The position numbers and the translations under genes are program-made. From Antedon mediterranea (taxonomy: Eukaryota; Animalia; Echinodermata): a stretch of 64,000 nt of DNA. The notes below the pieces were generated by a model. The model did not search any database. It had not been told where the DNA came from and saw nothing but the letters and a program-made list of their open reading frames with translations. Of the stretch, positions 24,152 to 35,392 are shown piece after piece. How positions within the stretch are numbered: the stretch's first letter is position 1; each line of letters starts with the position of its first letter. The DNA is taken from NCBI RefSeq assembly GCF_964355755.1, contig NC_092676.1, forward strand, positions 11,261,888 to 11,325,887, in the 5' to 3' direction.

Positions 24152-24952
24152 CTAAATCATTTGGTCTTGCCATTCAATGGATCCTTCTTTTGATGAAAAG
24201 TATGTGGTTAATATTTCTCTCTGTTGCTTGGCAGCAGATGTAAAATTGTTGTGCCTATCAAGTTGAAGAGGCACCATGGATGGTTGCTGTCGCCACTGTC
24301 CTTCAACAACATTGTGCGCCCCATTTTCCAGGTCAACAAAACCTGGTGGATTGTAGGCACTATTGCTTCTTAGCATGTTGTGCAAAGCAGCACATGCCAA
24401 CACTAACGGTTGAAGGTGTTCCGGCAGTATTTTGATCGTCGTCAAGAATACACCAAATCTATTTGCAAAGATCCCAAAAGCATTCTCAGAAACCCTCCTA
24501 GCTCTTGACAGACGATAATTGAATACTCTTTGTTGTTTCGTTAAATGCCTTAGAGGATGTGGCTTCATAATGTCCTCCCGCAATGGGAATGCATCGTCTG
24601 CTACTATCATATATGGAACTGTCGTATTTGTTCCAGGCAATGGACTCGGGGTTGGTACTCCAATTGCTTTGTTCTTAAGGCCCTTATCCAACGAGCATTT
24701 TGAGAACACCCCACCGTCGGATACACGTCCATTCGTACCGAAGTCGACATATAAAAATTTATATGATGAATCTACAAGGGCCATCAGTACCAGGCTGAAT
24801 GAATTTTTGTAATTAAAATATTCCGAGCCTGAATTGGGTGGTGGCCGAATACTGACATGTTTTCCATCTAGTGCACCCAAACAATTGGGGAAATTCCATT
24901 TCATTTGGAACTCTTTTGCTATTCCCATCCATTCTTCAGATGTTGATGGCGT
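24152..24952 (-). CDS. Harbinger transposase, coding exon 3 (DDE domain; spliced total 411 aa)
   Basis: FPNCLGALDGKH, YFNYK, ADDAFPL, FNYRLSRARRVSENAFG, CAALHN. Open reading frame. Confidence 0.95.
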   Translation of the reverse strand, partial: TPSTSEEWMGIAKEFQMKWNFPNCLGALDGKHVSIRPPPNSGSEYFNYKNSFSLVLMALVDSSYKFLYVDFGTNGRVSDGGVFSKCSLDKGLKNKAIGVPTPSPLPGTNTTVPYMIVADDAFPLREDIMKPHPLRHLTKQQRVFNYRLSRARRVSENAFGIFANRFGVFLTTIKILPEHLQPLVLACAALHNMLRSNSAYNPPGFVDLENGAHNVVEGQWRQQPSMVPLQLDRHNNFTSAAKQQREILTTYFSSKEGSIEWQDQMI

Positions 24953-25047
24953 CTGTAAATATGAATATAAAAATATGATAAACTTTCTAATAAAAAATAA
25001 TAATAATACATTATAACTGACTGATCATTGCTTTTTTTTTTTTACAG

Positions 25048-25365
25048 TTGTCAGATTTAGGATTAGAGGCAGATCACGATGATGATGTATCCAACATGAG
25101 CGAAGAAAATAATGTTAAGACAAAAAAAAGTTCAACAAAACCAACAAAAAGAGAGAGAGACAATGAAGAATTGAATTTGATTCGTAATCTTACAACAATA
25201 TTAGAATCTCCTTCAAACGTAAGCGAAGAAACAGATGCCGATTTACTTTTTGGTCAGTATGTTACATTAGAACTTAAACAAATACAAAATAAAAAAACCA
25301 AAGCAGTTCTGATGAACAAAATCCAAAATGATATTTTTGAAGTAAAGATAAAAGATCTAGATTAG
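25048..25365 (+). CDS. Harbinger MADF-BESS protein, exon 3 (spliced total 224 aa)
   Basis: Poly-T-ACAG acceptor, phase 0. C-terminal BESS-like DLLFGQYVTLELKQI..K..L..KIQ..IF. Confidence 0.85.
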   Translation: MSDLGLEADHDDDVSNMSEENNVKTKKSSTKPTKRERDNEELNLIRNLTTILESPSNVSEETDADLLFGQYVTLELKQIQNKKTKAVLMNKIQNDIFEVKIKDLD

Positions 25366-25496
25366 TTTCAAATAATATATATAATATCAAAATGTACTGT
25401 CTAGCCAGTCAAATCCTCACTCATTTTTCCATTTACACTACAGTTTCCTAGTGGATAACAAATTAAATTTATAGCCTAGAGTACACAGTAATTTAC

Positions 25497-25612
25497 CTTC
25501 ATGTATTGTTCTTTCAAAACAGAGTATATTGCATTACATGTGTCTGGTACAATTTCACCAATTGTTGTGGCCCCAACTCTGTATTGAAATGACAGACTTT
25601 TGTATGTTTCAC
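25497..25612 (-). CDS. Harbinger transposase, coding exon 2
   Basis: GETYKSLSFQYRVGATTIGEIVPDTCNAIYSVLKEQYMK (HTH region). CAG acceptor, GTAAAT donor, phase 1 to 0. Confidence 0.92.
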
Positions 25613-25753
25613 CTGAAATTAACAATTTGTTTGACAAATGAATGGTTATTTGCAACTACAGGTGATCAGATTGTTAGTATACTTGAAAAACCTGAGAAAG
25701 GATAAGGGATAGAATAAATTTGGGTTTTTGATGATTTGAACATGTTTACTCAC

Positions 25754-26072
25754 CAGTTGCAATAAAACGAAGCGTAATCGCTAATCTATCTCCTGGAGAA
25801 ATACTCTGGCGCCAGTTGGTGTTTTGCTTCTTTATAATGGGCTTGACCAAACTCAGGAGGTTGTCGAATGTGCCAGTATCCATCCTTAAAAAATTTCTGT
25901 AGGATTCCTGGTCCTGGAGCCGCAGTTCTTGAATCAAATTTCCATATGCTCCTTGTTGCTGTCTTTTGAGGATCCAGGGCTTACACCATATTCTGCTGCT
26001 TCGTCTTCGCCGCCTTCTTTTTAAAAGCAACAGCAGTAAAGCAGCACATGATTTGCGTTTAATTGACACCAT
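25754..26072 (-). CDS. Harbinger transposase, coding exon 1
   Basis: WCKPWI..YRNFLRMD..FDNLL..ISPGDRLAITLRFIATG. GTGAGT donor, phase 1. Confidence 0.92.
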
Positions 26073-26247
26073 GATGTAAATACTGTATATTTAAAACAAC
26101 ATTTTTAAGAAATTTCATTATTCAGTAAATCTAGGAATTCAGAAAACATATCTCAGTAATTCAATAATTGTTGCTGCCATCAATTTATATTATTTAAAGA
26201 TATGTATTGATTTTGTCTCATAAAAACATTATATAACATTAAGTTAA

Positions 26248-26801
26248 AGATGTATTGTCCCTTGAAACACAAAAAATGAAGGTCAAAATATACCGTAAAT
26301 TTTAATTGGCCATATCAAAGTAATATTGAAGTTATTCACTTCAAGTCAAAAATTCAAGCCAAAAACAACAATTTTACGTAATTAACAGCTAAATTAATTT
26401 TATTACATTTCGTCTGGAAAATAGTCGTGAGCGAAAGTAAACAAAGATTTCAAACCATGAGTATGCATTATGCATGATGCTAATCAGGATTGTTTACAAC
26501 TTGTCACGGTTGAGAAGGTGTTTTCACACAGATCGCGAGGAAGTTTTATGATTACGGCATATATACAGAGTAGCCAAACAAGCGCATTGCATTATAAGAT
26601 ATGTTTTGATCGAAAACTTTGACTGGAAGTCAAAGTTATTTTTTTAACCAAAAAACGTCTGTATTTCAGTTAAATGATTTTTTTTTCGACTAATTTTTGG
26701 TGAAAGTTAATAACTATTATGATAGTTCAAAATTACCCACTTTTTTTTCGAAATCTTTTAATTTTTATTTTTTTGGAATTTGACAAAGGGGCAATACATC
26801 T
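26248..26801. mobile_element. Kolobok-like MITE upstream of the transposase ATG
   Basis: TTAA|AGATGTATTGTCCCTT ... AAGGGGCAATACATCT|TTAA. Confidence 0.75.
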
Positions 26802-27930
26802 TTAATTAAATGGTTACATTTTGTTTCATCAATATAATATGTTGTGATTTAATATGTAATAACAAATACATGTAGTAAATAAATAAAAGTGTAATATAAT
26901 TATGTTTAATTTAAATAATTTAGTTATTTGTTTGTTATTTGTATCACTAGTTAATGAGTTGAGTTTTAGGCTAACATGTCCAAAAAGTTGGTATGGCGCA
27001 TTGCCACAGTGTGTTAATTTAATGTAAGGTATGGAGACGAAATGGAACCACTTACTTTTTGTACATAATTTGTTAATATTAATAATAAAAAAAACAATTT
27101 AAAAAAAGTTATATCTATCTGGTCATTACCTCTCAACAATGCTTATCAATCGGACATTTTAAATGATATATATGAACACAATTTTGTATTGAATTGTGTT
27201 CAATATTATAAATTTAACTTGAATTGTATAGGTACTCTAAATAAATAAATGCCTAATTTAGGCCTACATAAAAATTCCAAGGTTATGTATTGGCCTAGTA
27301 ATTAAAAATGAAATCAATTGAACCGATCGACATGTGACTCTACCCTGTATCATATTAGACTTCCTATTCTGTATGTACTACTATGCCTAGATAAAGTATT
27401 TGGGTCTAGCCTAAGTTTCTACTAACTACCTAACCTAGGCCTTGGGCCCTAGCCTAAGTGACCACATATTTAGATACTAGGCCTAGGCTAGGCCTAAACT
27501 AATATGCCTACTAAAAGGCCTGGCTAGGGGCATACATGGGCCTACCAACTCTGTACTGACATGGATCCCATATGCCTAGTCTCAATCATTCAACAAAATA
27601 TAAGCTTAAATTTTGTTGTTATTTTTATTAGGTAAAACAAACGGATTTATCGGTTTATTAATTATCAATTAAACTTACTATTACTTCCGTGTTTACAAAT
27701 CATACGAACGTACGTACGTAGTGCGTACGCGTTGCATGGTTTGTTGCGTCATCTTGAATTCAACCAATCAGAAGCGCAGGCAATATAGTCGCGTCGGGGT
27801 TGTCGGGCTGTCTGAGTTGAGCCGTCGCGGAGCGTCGTGGCACGATTATCTGTCGGTAGGACTTTGGAAAGACGGGTCCAGACAAGACGTCTCGTCGGGC
27901 CTCGTCGTACGACGCTGTCTGAGTTGGCCT

Positions 27931-28421
27931 TTATTCGCATTATGTATGCAAACATTGATAAATGGGGTCGAAGGTCAATTGTTGTATTTCCGTAAAATGT
28001 TTTCGTAAAATGTTTCATTAGAGCAAATATAAGTATGTACATTCTGAACAACTTTTTGAAAAAATCAATTCTCTAGCCTTAGCAGTTTTCGATATATATG
28101 AACCTGTAATTTCACCCCCTAATTTGCATATTTCATGTAACTTGTACTAATAATTTAAATACTTTGAGGGTAAATCAAAGTCTCTACAGACATTTTAGTT
28201 TCATTATATATGAAATATTGAGAAATTGGATCGAGGGTCAAATGTCATACTTCCGGTAAATTTTTTGTAAAATGTTTCATTGGAGCAAATAGAAATATGT
28301 ACATTTCTGAATCAACTCTCTAGCATTAGTGTTTTTCGATATAGGACAACTGTAATTTTTCCCCCTTATTTGCATATTTTATTTAAATTGTACTACTAAT
28401 TTGCATACTTTCGAGATGTGA
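27931..28421 (-). repeat. Right arm of the foldback-like structure (continues 16088-16276)
   Basis: Reverse complement of ~14284-14860. Confidence 0.75.
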
Positions 28422-28666
28422 CATTTATTTTACAATTTAAAATGGTATTTTGAACACAAAAATGTAAAATGGCATATTTTAAAAATCCTAATTATATTGT
28501 AGTAGCATATTGGCAGTATTTCGAAAAGAAGCCCCTCCCTAGTTTGCGAAAGTAATCTCGAAAAGAAGTTCACCCAAGAGTACTAAGAAAGGAAGAAACC
28601 TTTTTTGTAACTGTATTTTTTAAAACATTTAAAAAATTAATTAATTAGGTAAAATGATATTCGTAC

Positions 28667-28737
28667 CTTTCCTATGTAAATATGTCGATGACTGATATTC
28701 AAACATGTATCGGCAGGTACACAGACAACATTTTTTC
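28667..28737 (-). CDS. TRMT2B: TRMT2B-like exon C
   Basis: RKNVVCVPADTCLNISHRHIYIGK matches the NVVCV segment. 71 bp, phase 1 to 0, AAG acceptor, GTACGA donor. Bridges exons B and D in frame. Confidence 0.85.
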
Positions 28738-28954
28738 CTTGTGAAACAAAAAAAGAAATAATATTAAGGATGAATACAGTTTTTTCTATATTTTTTTCTA
28801 AAAGCTGCTACACACTAGGATGATATCGATATAATAATGATCAATGATAAATCGATAAACATACATTTTTCTTACATAAAACAAAACAAATATATTTAAA
28901 TAATTTTTCTTTTGGATGATCCAAATGGAATAAAACCATAAAACTTACGTTTTT

Positions 28955-28997
28955 ACTCTAGCTTTCGCTGGTTCAACGACGCAGCTTAGTCATGAGT
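28955..28997 (-). ncRNA. Hammerhead-like motif with A3-U8 core variant
   Basis: ACTC-ATGACTA-a-GCTG..CAGC-GAAA-GC-TA-GAGT. Confidence 0.6.
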
Positions 28998-29042
28998 GAG
29001 TCTATTTGACTTGGAATTGTTACCATAAGATCTCATATTCGT

Positions 29043-29085
29043 GCTCATGATTAAGCTGCGTCGTTGAACCAGTGAAAGCTAGAGT
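29043..29085 (+). ncRNA. Hammerhead-like motif with A3-U8 core variant, second arm
   Basis: GCTC-ATGATTA-a-GCTG..CAGT-GAAA-GC-TA-GAGT. Confidence 0.55.
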
Positions 29086-29459
29086 AAAAACATAAGTTTT
29101 ACGGTTTTATTCCCTTTGGATTATCCAAAACAAAAATTATTTGAATACTATACAGAGATCCAGATGAATCTTTTTACTAATAAAACAAATCTAGTACAGG
29201 GTAACTATTTATGAGCGTCTTTCATAAAAATAATATTTTTTTTTTAAATCCAATCACATTACGTTATATAATCAATAAGAATAAAATCGCTGTAAACTCA
29301 CAATATACTTGCTCTTACTAAACATGGCGTTATTTTATTATTGATGTGTTTAAAGGCAGCATTTTATCCTATTGCTCTACTTTTCTAATTTTTTTCATTG
29401 TATGTAAGAAAAATGTATATTTATCTAGTTATCGTCAATCCTATTGTATCCACCATTAA

Positions 29460-30062
29460 AGAAGAATCAATCCAAATCTCAGCCAGAAGAAAAACCAAGG
29501 AATGATTTAATCTAAATAATAATTTTACATCACCAAACATAACCACTCAACTTATTCATATCCCATTGCGGAGTTGCAGCGAAAATAGACCCATCTGCGG
29601 AAATTAAAGACTCCAGCAACCTTATCCTGATAGGGTCAGGTCATGTCAACCTTCTGACTCCAACAGAACTTGTAATACTTGAAAAGGGAAAGGCTCCGAT
29701 TGCAGTCAATACTGTACAGTACTTGGTTGAACTCTACAAGGTTCATTACCATTTGAGAAGGGACTATAATACATGAGAATGTAAGACAACTTTGGAAGAT
29801 AGATGTACTACCTCTCTTTAAACAACGAGCACCATTTATATTTGTAACCCCCTGTTTTGTGACACAAGTGGAGTGACACTTACAATAAATTTAAATTTAA
29901 AGGCCTTAAGTCTGATATCCCAGAAATGAAAACAACTGAGAGAAACTACAGAAAAAATCCTGAAGCAGCAACAGTACACAACCAACTTATTGATGATGTA
30001 CTAAAGAAAATCACAAGAGGATAACCAGACAGAAGAATCATGGTATATCTCACATCATGTCA
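29460..30062 (+). pseudogene. Highly decayed BEL/Pao pol fragment (protease to RT region)
   Basis: Peptide remnants in expected order: APIAVNT..LG*TLQG, LWKIDVLP, EESWYISHH. Confidence 0.55.
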
Positions 30063-30164
30063 GGATTGTTGGCATCATTCTTCATTTTCGACAACAACCT
30101 GTAGCCATTTCCCAAGACGGATCAAAGGTGACCCCCAATTTGTTTGACTTGTTGTGCAAGCAGA

Positions 30165-32720
30165 TAAGTCTCGGATGTTGTGACGTCATCATATGGCCCC
30201 CAAATATAAAATATATTATTTTTGTCTCTTTCGTCATAGCTCATCACATTAAATAGAGCGCATCTCGCTTATTCGTACCTCGATTTTATTGTATGTTTGC
30301 TCAATCAATTGTCTTTCATAAGAATTAGAAAAATTTCAATTTTTACGAGGTCATCATGTCAAAATTGTGGAATAACCTAAGGTCACTTATTTTCATCTTT
30401 TCAAATAATTTCAATCTGTTATAGCTCTTTAGAATAAAACTAAAATAAACTTCACCTTCCGTGTATATTTAAATATCTCATAGCTCTTCAAAATGAACTA
30501 GGTGACCTTGATGATTATAACTTATTATGAAAGCTGATGAAATGTAGATATGATCGAATTCATATAAAATTAAGCTTATAGGATGTTGTTACGTTATCAT
30601 ATGGCCAGTTGAAGTTAAAAAGTAGTTTTTAAATTTCTTTAGCCAAGTTATAGTGCAATAGTTTCAAATCTTTTTTATTTATTTGCTCAATTCATTAGTT
30701 ATCCGCAATATGCGGATAACTCCTTGTTATTGTATTGGATTAACATTTTTTTTTTTGTTATCCGCAACTTTTGTTGCGGATAACCCTTGTGATTATAAAT
30801 ATCTTTATCATCTTTATTCTTCTTTTATTCTTTCCTGGATTTTTGCGCCCAGCATATATCCCCTATTGCTTGTGAACATATCTTTGTATAACTTGGTCAA
30901 CATATGGACATTTACGTGAAGTTGTGCACCTCCTATTTTTGAATGACGTCAGCGTTACGCAACGTGACTACGCGCAATTTATGAATTTCAATGATTGACC
31001 ATAGGATAAAAACCAAAAGTGATTTTTTATTGACACTTGGTGGAAGGTTAATTCTTATCAAGGGTCAAATTTTTGTGCACTAAAAATGGCATGTTTCACA
31101 GAAAGTTCGCATGCACACGTGTTTAAAATTTAAAAATACGAAAAATCAATTTTTTATCAACTTTCTATGCGTTTCATGTCATTTTGAGCATTTAAAAAAT
31201 TCCCACGTACGCGCAAATTTTTACGTAGCGCTAAAAACATCTTTTTATTTTCGCGTTAATTTAGTTTTTCCAGCCTTTTATAGTAATTTTACCAATTTTT
31301 TTAAAAATTTCGACTTAAAATCACGTCATACAAGCACTTCGAATTCGCGCTCATTTTTTATGAAAAAGTTCAAAAATTCGTCAAAATTATGCCTTTTTTT
31401 GAAGTCATAGTTTCTAAACTACATGGTGAAGTTTATTGTTATTACATATTCTGGAAGTAGATGAGTTGTAGATATCATAATGGATCAATATGGCTAACCG
31501 GACATTGTGACGTCATCGTATGGCCACTCGAATATAAAATAGAGGATTTTTGCCTCTTTCGTCATAGCTCATAACATTTAATAGAGCGCATCTCCACTTA
31601 TCCGTATTCCATTTTGCTCCATATTTTGATATTGTCTAGGTCAATCAATTATCTTTCGCATGATTTAACATTTAAACAATTTGTAATGACGTCATCATGA
31701 TCAAAAGCGTGAAACACTTAAATTTCAATATTATATATATGCTATACGTCAACCTCAAAATAAAAAGTGATATTCATGATTAAAACATTTTCTGAAAGCC
31801 ATTGAATTGTAAATATGAATTAATGTAAAAATGTTGCACATCGGATGTTGTGACGTCACCATGTGGCCAGTTGAATTACGAAAGTCGTATTTTTATATTT
31901 TGCGTCATAGTTCATGACATTTAAAAGAGCGTGCATCCATATTCTACGTATCCAAATTTCTTCAACACATTAATATGTTGTTGCTCAGATAATTCCCTTC
32001 CAAAATTGCTATCTACGCGTTTCATTATGATGACATCATCATGTTAAAACTTGGAATAAAATGCGGGTTCCGTTATTTCCACCTGTTCTGCACTGTATGT
32101 AGTATGTATACAGTATAAGTGTATACTGTATTAGACACAAAATAAAGGGCACACTAACATTTTATTTTCTTCGGGTCACAATGGTATAATCGTTTTTCTG
32201 TGCGCAATAATCTAACATATGACGTGCACGTCCATAGTGACGAGTTCAAATCTAGTTTTTCTGTATTATTCTTTTTTCTTTCTTCCTTTTTTTGTGAGTC
32301 GCGTTTCTCTAAAATGTGTAAACATAACATTTCATAACTTTGACAACATGTGGACATTACCTGAAGTTGTGCACTTCCTATTTTTGAAAGACGTCAGAGT
32401 TGTGCAACATGACTTACGCGCGATTTTATGAATTTCAATGATTGATCATAGATTAAAAGCCAAAAGTCATTTTGTACTGTATTTACACTTGGTAAAAATT
32501 AAAGTCATATCAAGGGCAAACTTTCTATGGATAAAAAATGGCATGTTTCACAAGAAGTTAATTTTTTACACGTTTTATGACATTTTGGGTATGTCAAAAA
32601 TTTCCACGCACGAAGTATGAAAAACATGTTTTTTTCTCTTGAATTATATTTTTCAAGCCTTCCTAGATCTAGACATGAACTCTTCACTTTGACGAGTTAG
32701 TTGTTAATTTTAAAACTCAT
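30165..32720. repeat. Old non-coding repeat cluster with TGACGTCA-rich units and short hairpins; possibly Helentron-like
   Basis: Internal repeats (30170-30350, 31440-31700, 31843-32050; 30890-31110 and 32335-32570), (A)ACTAG termini, TCCGCA..TGCGGA palindromes. Related inverted sequence at ~35620-36550. Classification is inference. Confidence 0.45.
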
Positions 32721-34596
32721 ATTGATCTCACTACTTCAAAAATATCTAAATATGTTAGTTTACTTTTCAAAATTCGTCACTACCTTCCTTTAAGTGCACT
32801 CCTTTAAATCTACAGGTCACTTATGCAACCTCTTATCAGCTATTGTAACATTATTTGGTTTAATTCATTAATACATTACACATGATTATTTGAATCATAA
32901 GCTTTGCAATGGTGTTTATTTCGTAAAAATTGAGTAAATATTTAAAAAGTTATTACATTTATAAAACTTACAAATCATCCAATTAGTTTATTCTTCAACG
33001 CTTCAATGAAATTCTTTTTAATACGCGCTGAATTGAAAACTCACTCCGTAGAAACGCACTATTTTGGTCTAAGGCATGATGATGTCATACCAGGAAGTAT
33101 GTGTGATATTTAGCAGCGTGGACATGATGGTCAGTTTGACTGATTTTAGATGCTGTTTAAACCTATTTAGTCACTTGAATTAACTATTTTGCATTTTTGA
33201 AAAGCAGCATTATAACGTCAAGCTTATTTTAACTGGTTTCGGAAGTGTTTACGATATTAACAGGGAAGAACCAAGCAGGCCTAGGCTAGCTAGGTCTATT
33301 CAGATTATTTTCGGCGTCATCGCATGTAAGACCTACTGTTAGGTGTTCATCAGGACGGGTCATGTCGGCGGTGCATCAACACGGTGGCTAGCTTTAGTAG
33401 TAAACTAGCCTAGACAAGTTAAGTGCCTTGCAGAGTCACACTTAATTGCTAGTTAACGTTACATTGTATTTGACGATTACATTTGTTTTTTTATAACGTG
33501 GAAGATTCGCTGTGTTGTTTGGGCTCGTATCCAATGATTGAAAAAAAAATGTATATGAAAGGACAATAAATTAAATAAATATATTAAGAGCCGATTGGAT
33601 ATATAAAATATATAAATAAAATTATTTATTGACAATAATAAGCTAGATAGTAGGCCTACATCCATAATAAAAATATATAAGGCCTAGCCGAAAATACAAT
33701 TAAATTTATGACGTGAATTGTTTTTGACTTGTCTATTTTACTATAGAATAAACAATTGCAGAACACTTTACTTTGAATATTAAAATCGTTTTTTATTTTT
33801 TTATTTCAATTTACGATGCCATGTGTAAAATGAAAATAACCTCACAAAAACGTAAACAACTTGTTATTTCCGCGCGTATAGTAACATCTAGCGCATTGAC
33901 CAATAACGTTTGTTATTGCGATGATACGCCATAGCAACACATGCAGTTCGCTGTTCCAGAAACTTCGAAGAACGGAATATTCTGAAATTATGTCATAGTA
34001 AATCAAAGTTTTCATTGGTTCCTTCTTTAAACTCTGCCCTAAAACTTCCATATTTGGAATGTCAAATGGATGAGCTTTATTTTGACGTGTGACCTTTCAA
34101 CATTGATCAATCATTGAACTGGCGATCAAAATGTCGTCAAACTCGGCCACTTTCAATTCAATTTACACAAAACTTTAGCGTAGATCGTGAATAAATTGTT
34201 AGGCTTGAGGAAAATACATGTTTTTAAAACTCTCTTTTTTTCATAATTTTAATTAAATTTCGGGAGTTTAAATCAGGTAGACGTATTCTTAAATAGTGAA
34301 ATATTTCGAAAATGCAAAAATATGTAATCTGCCAGGCTAGTTGATTTGGACGTATTTTGACTGAACGTGAATTTCGAAATGCCGACAAAGAGAGGGTTTT
34401 GCCAGATCAGGTCACATATTATGATATTATGACCATAAAAAAACAAAAACAAAATAGGAACATATCTATGAGTATATTCATAGCATGCTGAGATATATGC
34501 CTCCACAGGAATATGAGCAGGCCCTTATCCTTTACACATACATATTTAAAAAAAATATCTATTTTAAAAAATGACTCATTTATTTTTTATACTCAC

Positions 34597-34696
34597 TTTT
34601 CCAATTGCCTACAAACATTCCAACAGTTTTTATATTTCCATCTTCGCCAACACCAACACTTAAGTCAGACTTATTGCGATAACCTTCTTCTTGTGG
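34597..34696 (-). CDS. TRMT2B: TRMT2B-like exon B
   Basis: PQEEGYRNKSDLSVGVGEDGNIKTVGMFVGNWK carries the GYRNK motif. TAG acceptor, GTGAGT donor, 100 bp, phase 0 to 1. Not in the ORF track. Confidence 0.9.
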
Positions 34697-35124
34697 CTAT
34701 CAACAGAAACATATTGCTTGAATTTATTTGTTTCTACAAGTAACTTAGTTATCATAATCTATCATCAAGACAAGCTTAGAATAATAAGTTAAACTCAAAT
34801 TGCATCATGATCTATTTAGCTACTGAGTCAATTATTTTATATGAGACTACAGCAATAAAACATGTTCTGCTTATAAACCCTAATATAATGGAGAATGCTG
34901 AAGGATAATGATTAATCTCTGTTACTGTTAAATCAATTCATTAAATCAATATTATTAAACTAATCAGTATTAAGTTATCGTAAACTAAGTTATTGCAAAC
35001 AGACCTTATATGAAATATATCAAGATGATGAACGGTAATGTATATATTTTTTAAACTAATTTTTTAATTTGAGAAATATTCTTTGAAAGTGTGAAATCAT
35101 TTCTAAGTGCATAAGTTCACAAAC

Positions 35125-35392
35125 CGAGGGAATAACTTGCGATAGATGACAACACAATCCATTGAGTAGGTCAGTTTTAACAAAAGTATGGAGACTACCA
35201 TTAATAGCTTCCAATTCAATCAACGTGTTGGTAAGTTTCTGGAGTACTGATTTCATATGTAAATATTTTATTGCAAGTTGCATTTTATAAGATATCCGCC
35301 AAAGTGGAGAGGTTGCATTGCGCATCTGTATTTGGTAGTCTACATTACCATCATGTGAATTTCTGAAACATCTATAGACATCACTTTGTTTT
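35125..35392 (-). CDS. TRMT2B: TRMT2B-like tRNA (uracil-5-)-methyltransferase, exon A
   Basis: Reads ..YQIQMRNATSPLWRISYKMQLAIK..LCCHLSQVIPS, matching the TRMT2 motif TPLWRLSYEEQL..IIPS. Pyrimidine tract plus TAG acceptor (an alternative CAG would start the exon at 35362). GT donor, phase 0. Confidence 0.85.

Larger units (their letters stand above)
16277..27930. mobile_element. PIF/Harbinger DNA transposon, autonomous-type, inflated by nested insertions
   Basis: ~55-bp TIR AGGCCAACTCAGACAGCGTCGTACGA.. with one mismatch, TTA TSD (16274-16276 and 27931-27933), flanks rejoin as one repeat unit, encodes a transposase and a MADF protein. Confidence 0.97.
28892..29178. mobile_element. Inverted pair of Penelope-type pLTR remnants, no ORF
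   Basis: ~105-bp arms (28892-28997 and 29043-29146), each with a hammerhead-like motif. The tail ..ATACTATAC..CCAGATGAA resembles the pLTR tail at 9932-9970. Confidence 0.7.

Noticed and set aside
32800-34420. Probable non-autonomous DNA element ending GGTCACATA
   Set aside because: Could not identify the other terminus or a TSD.
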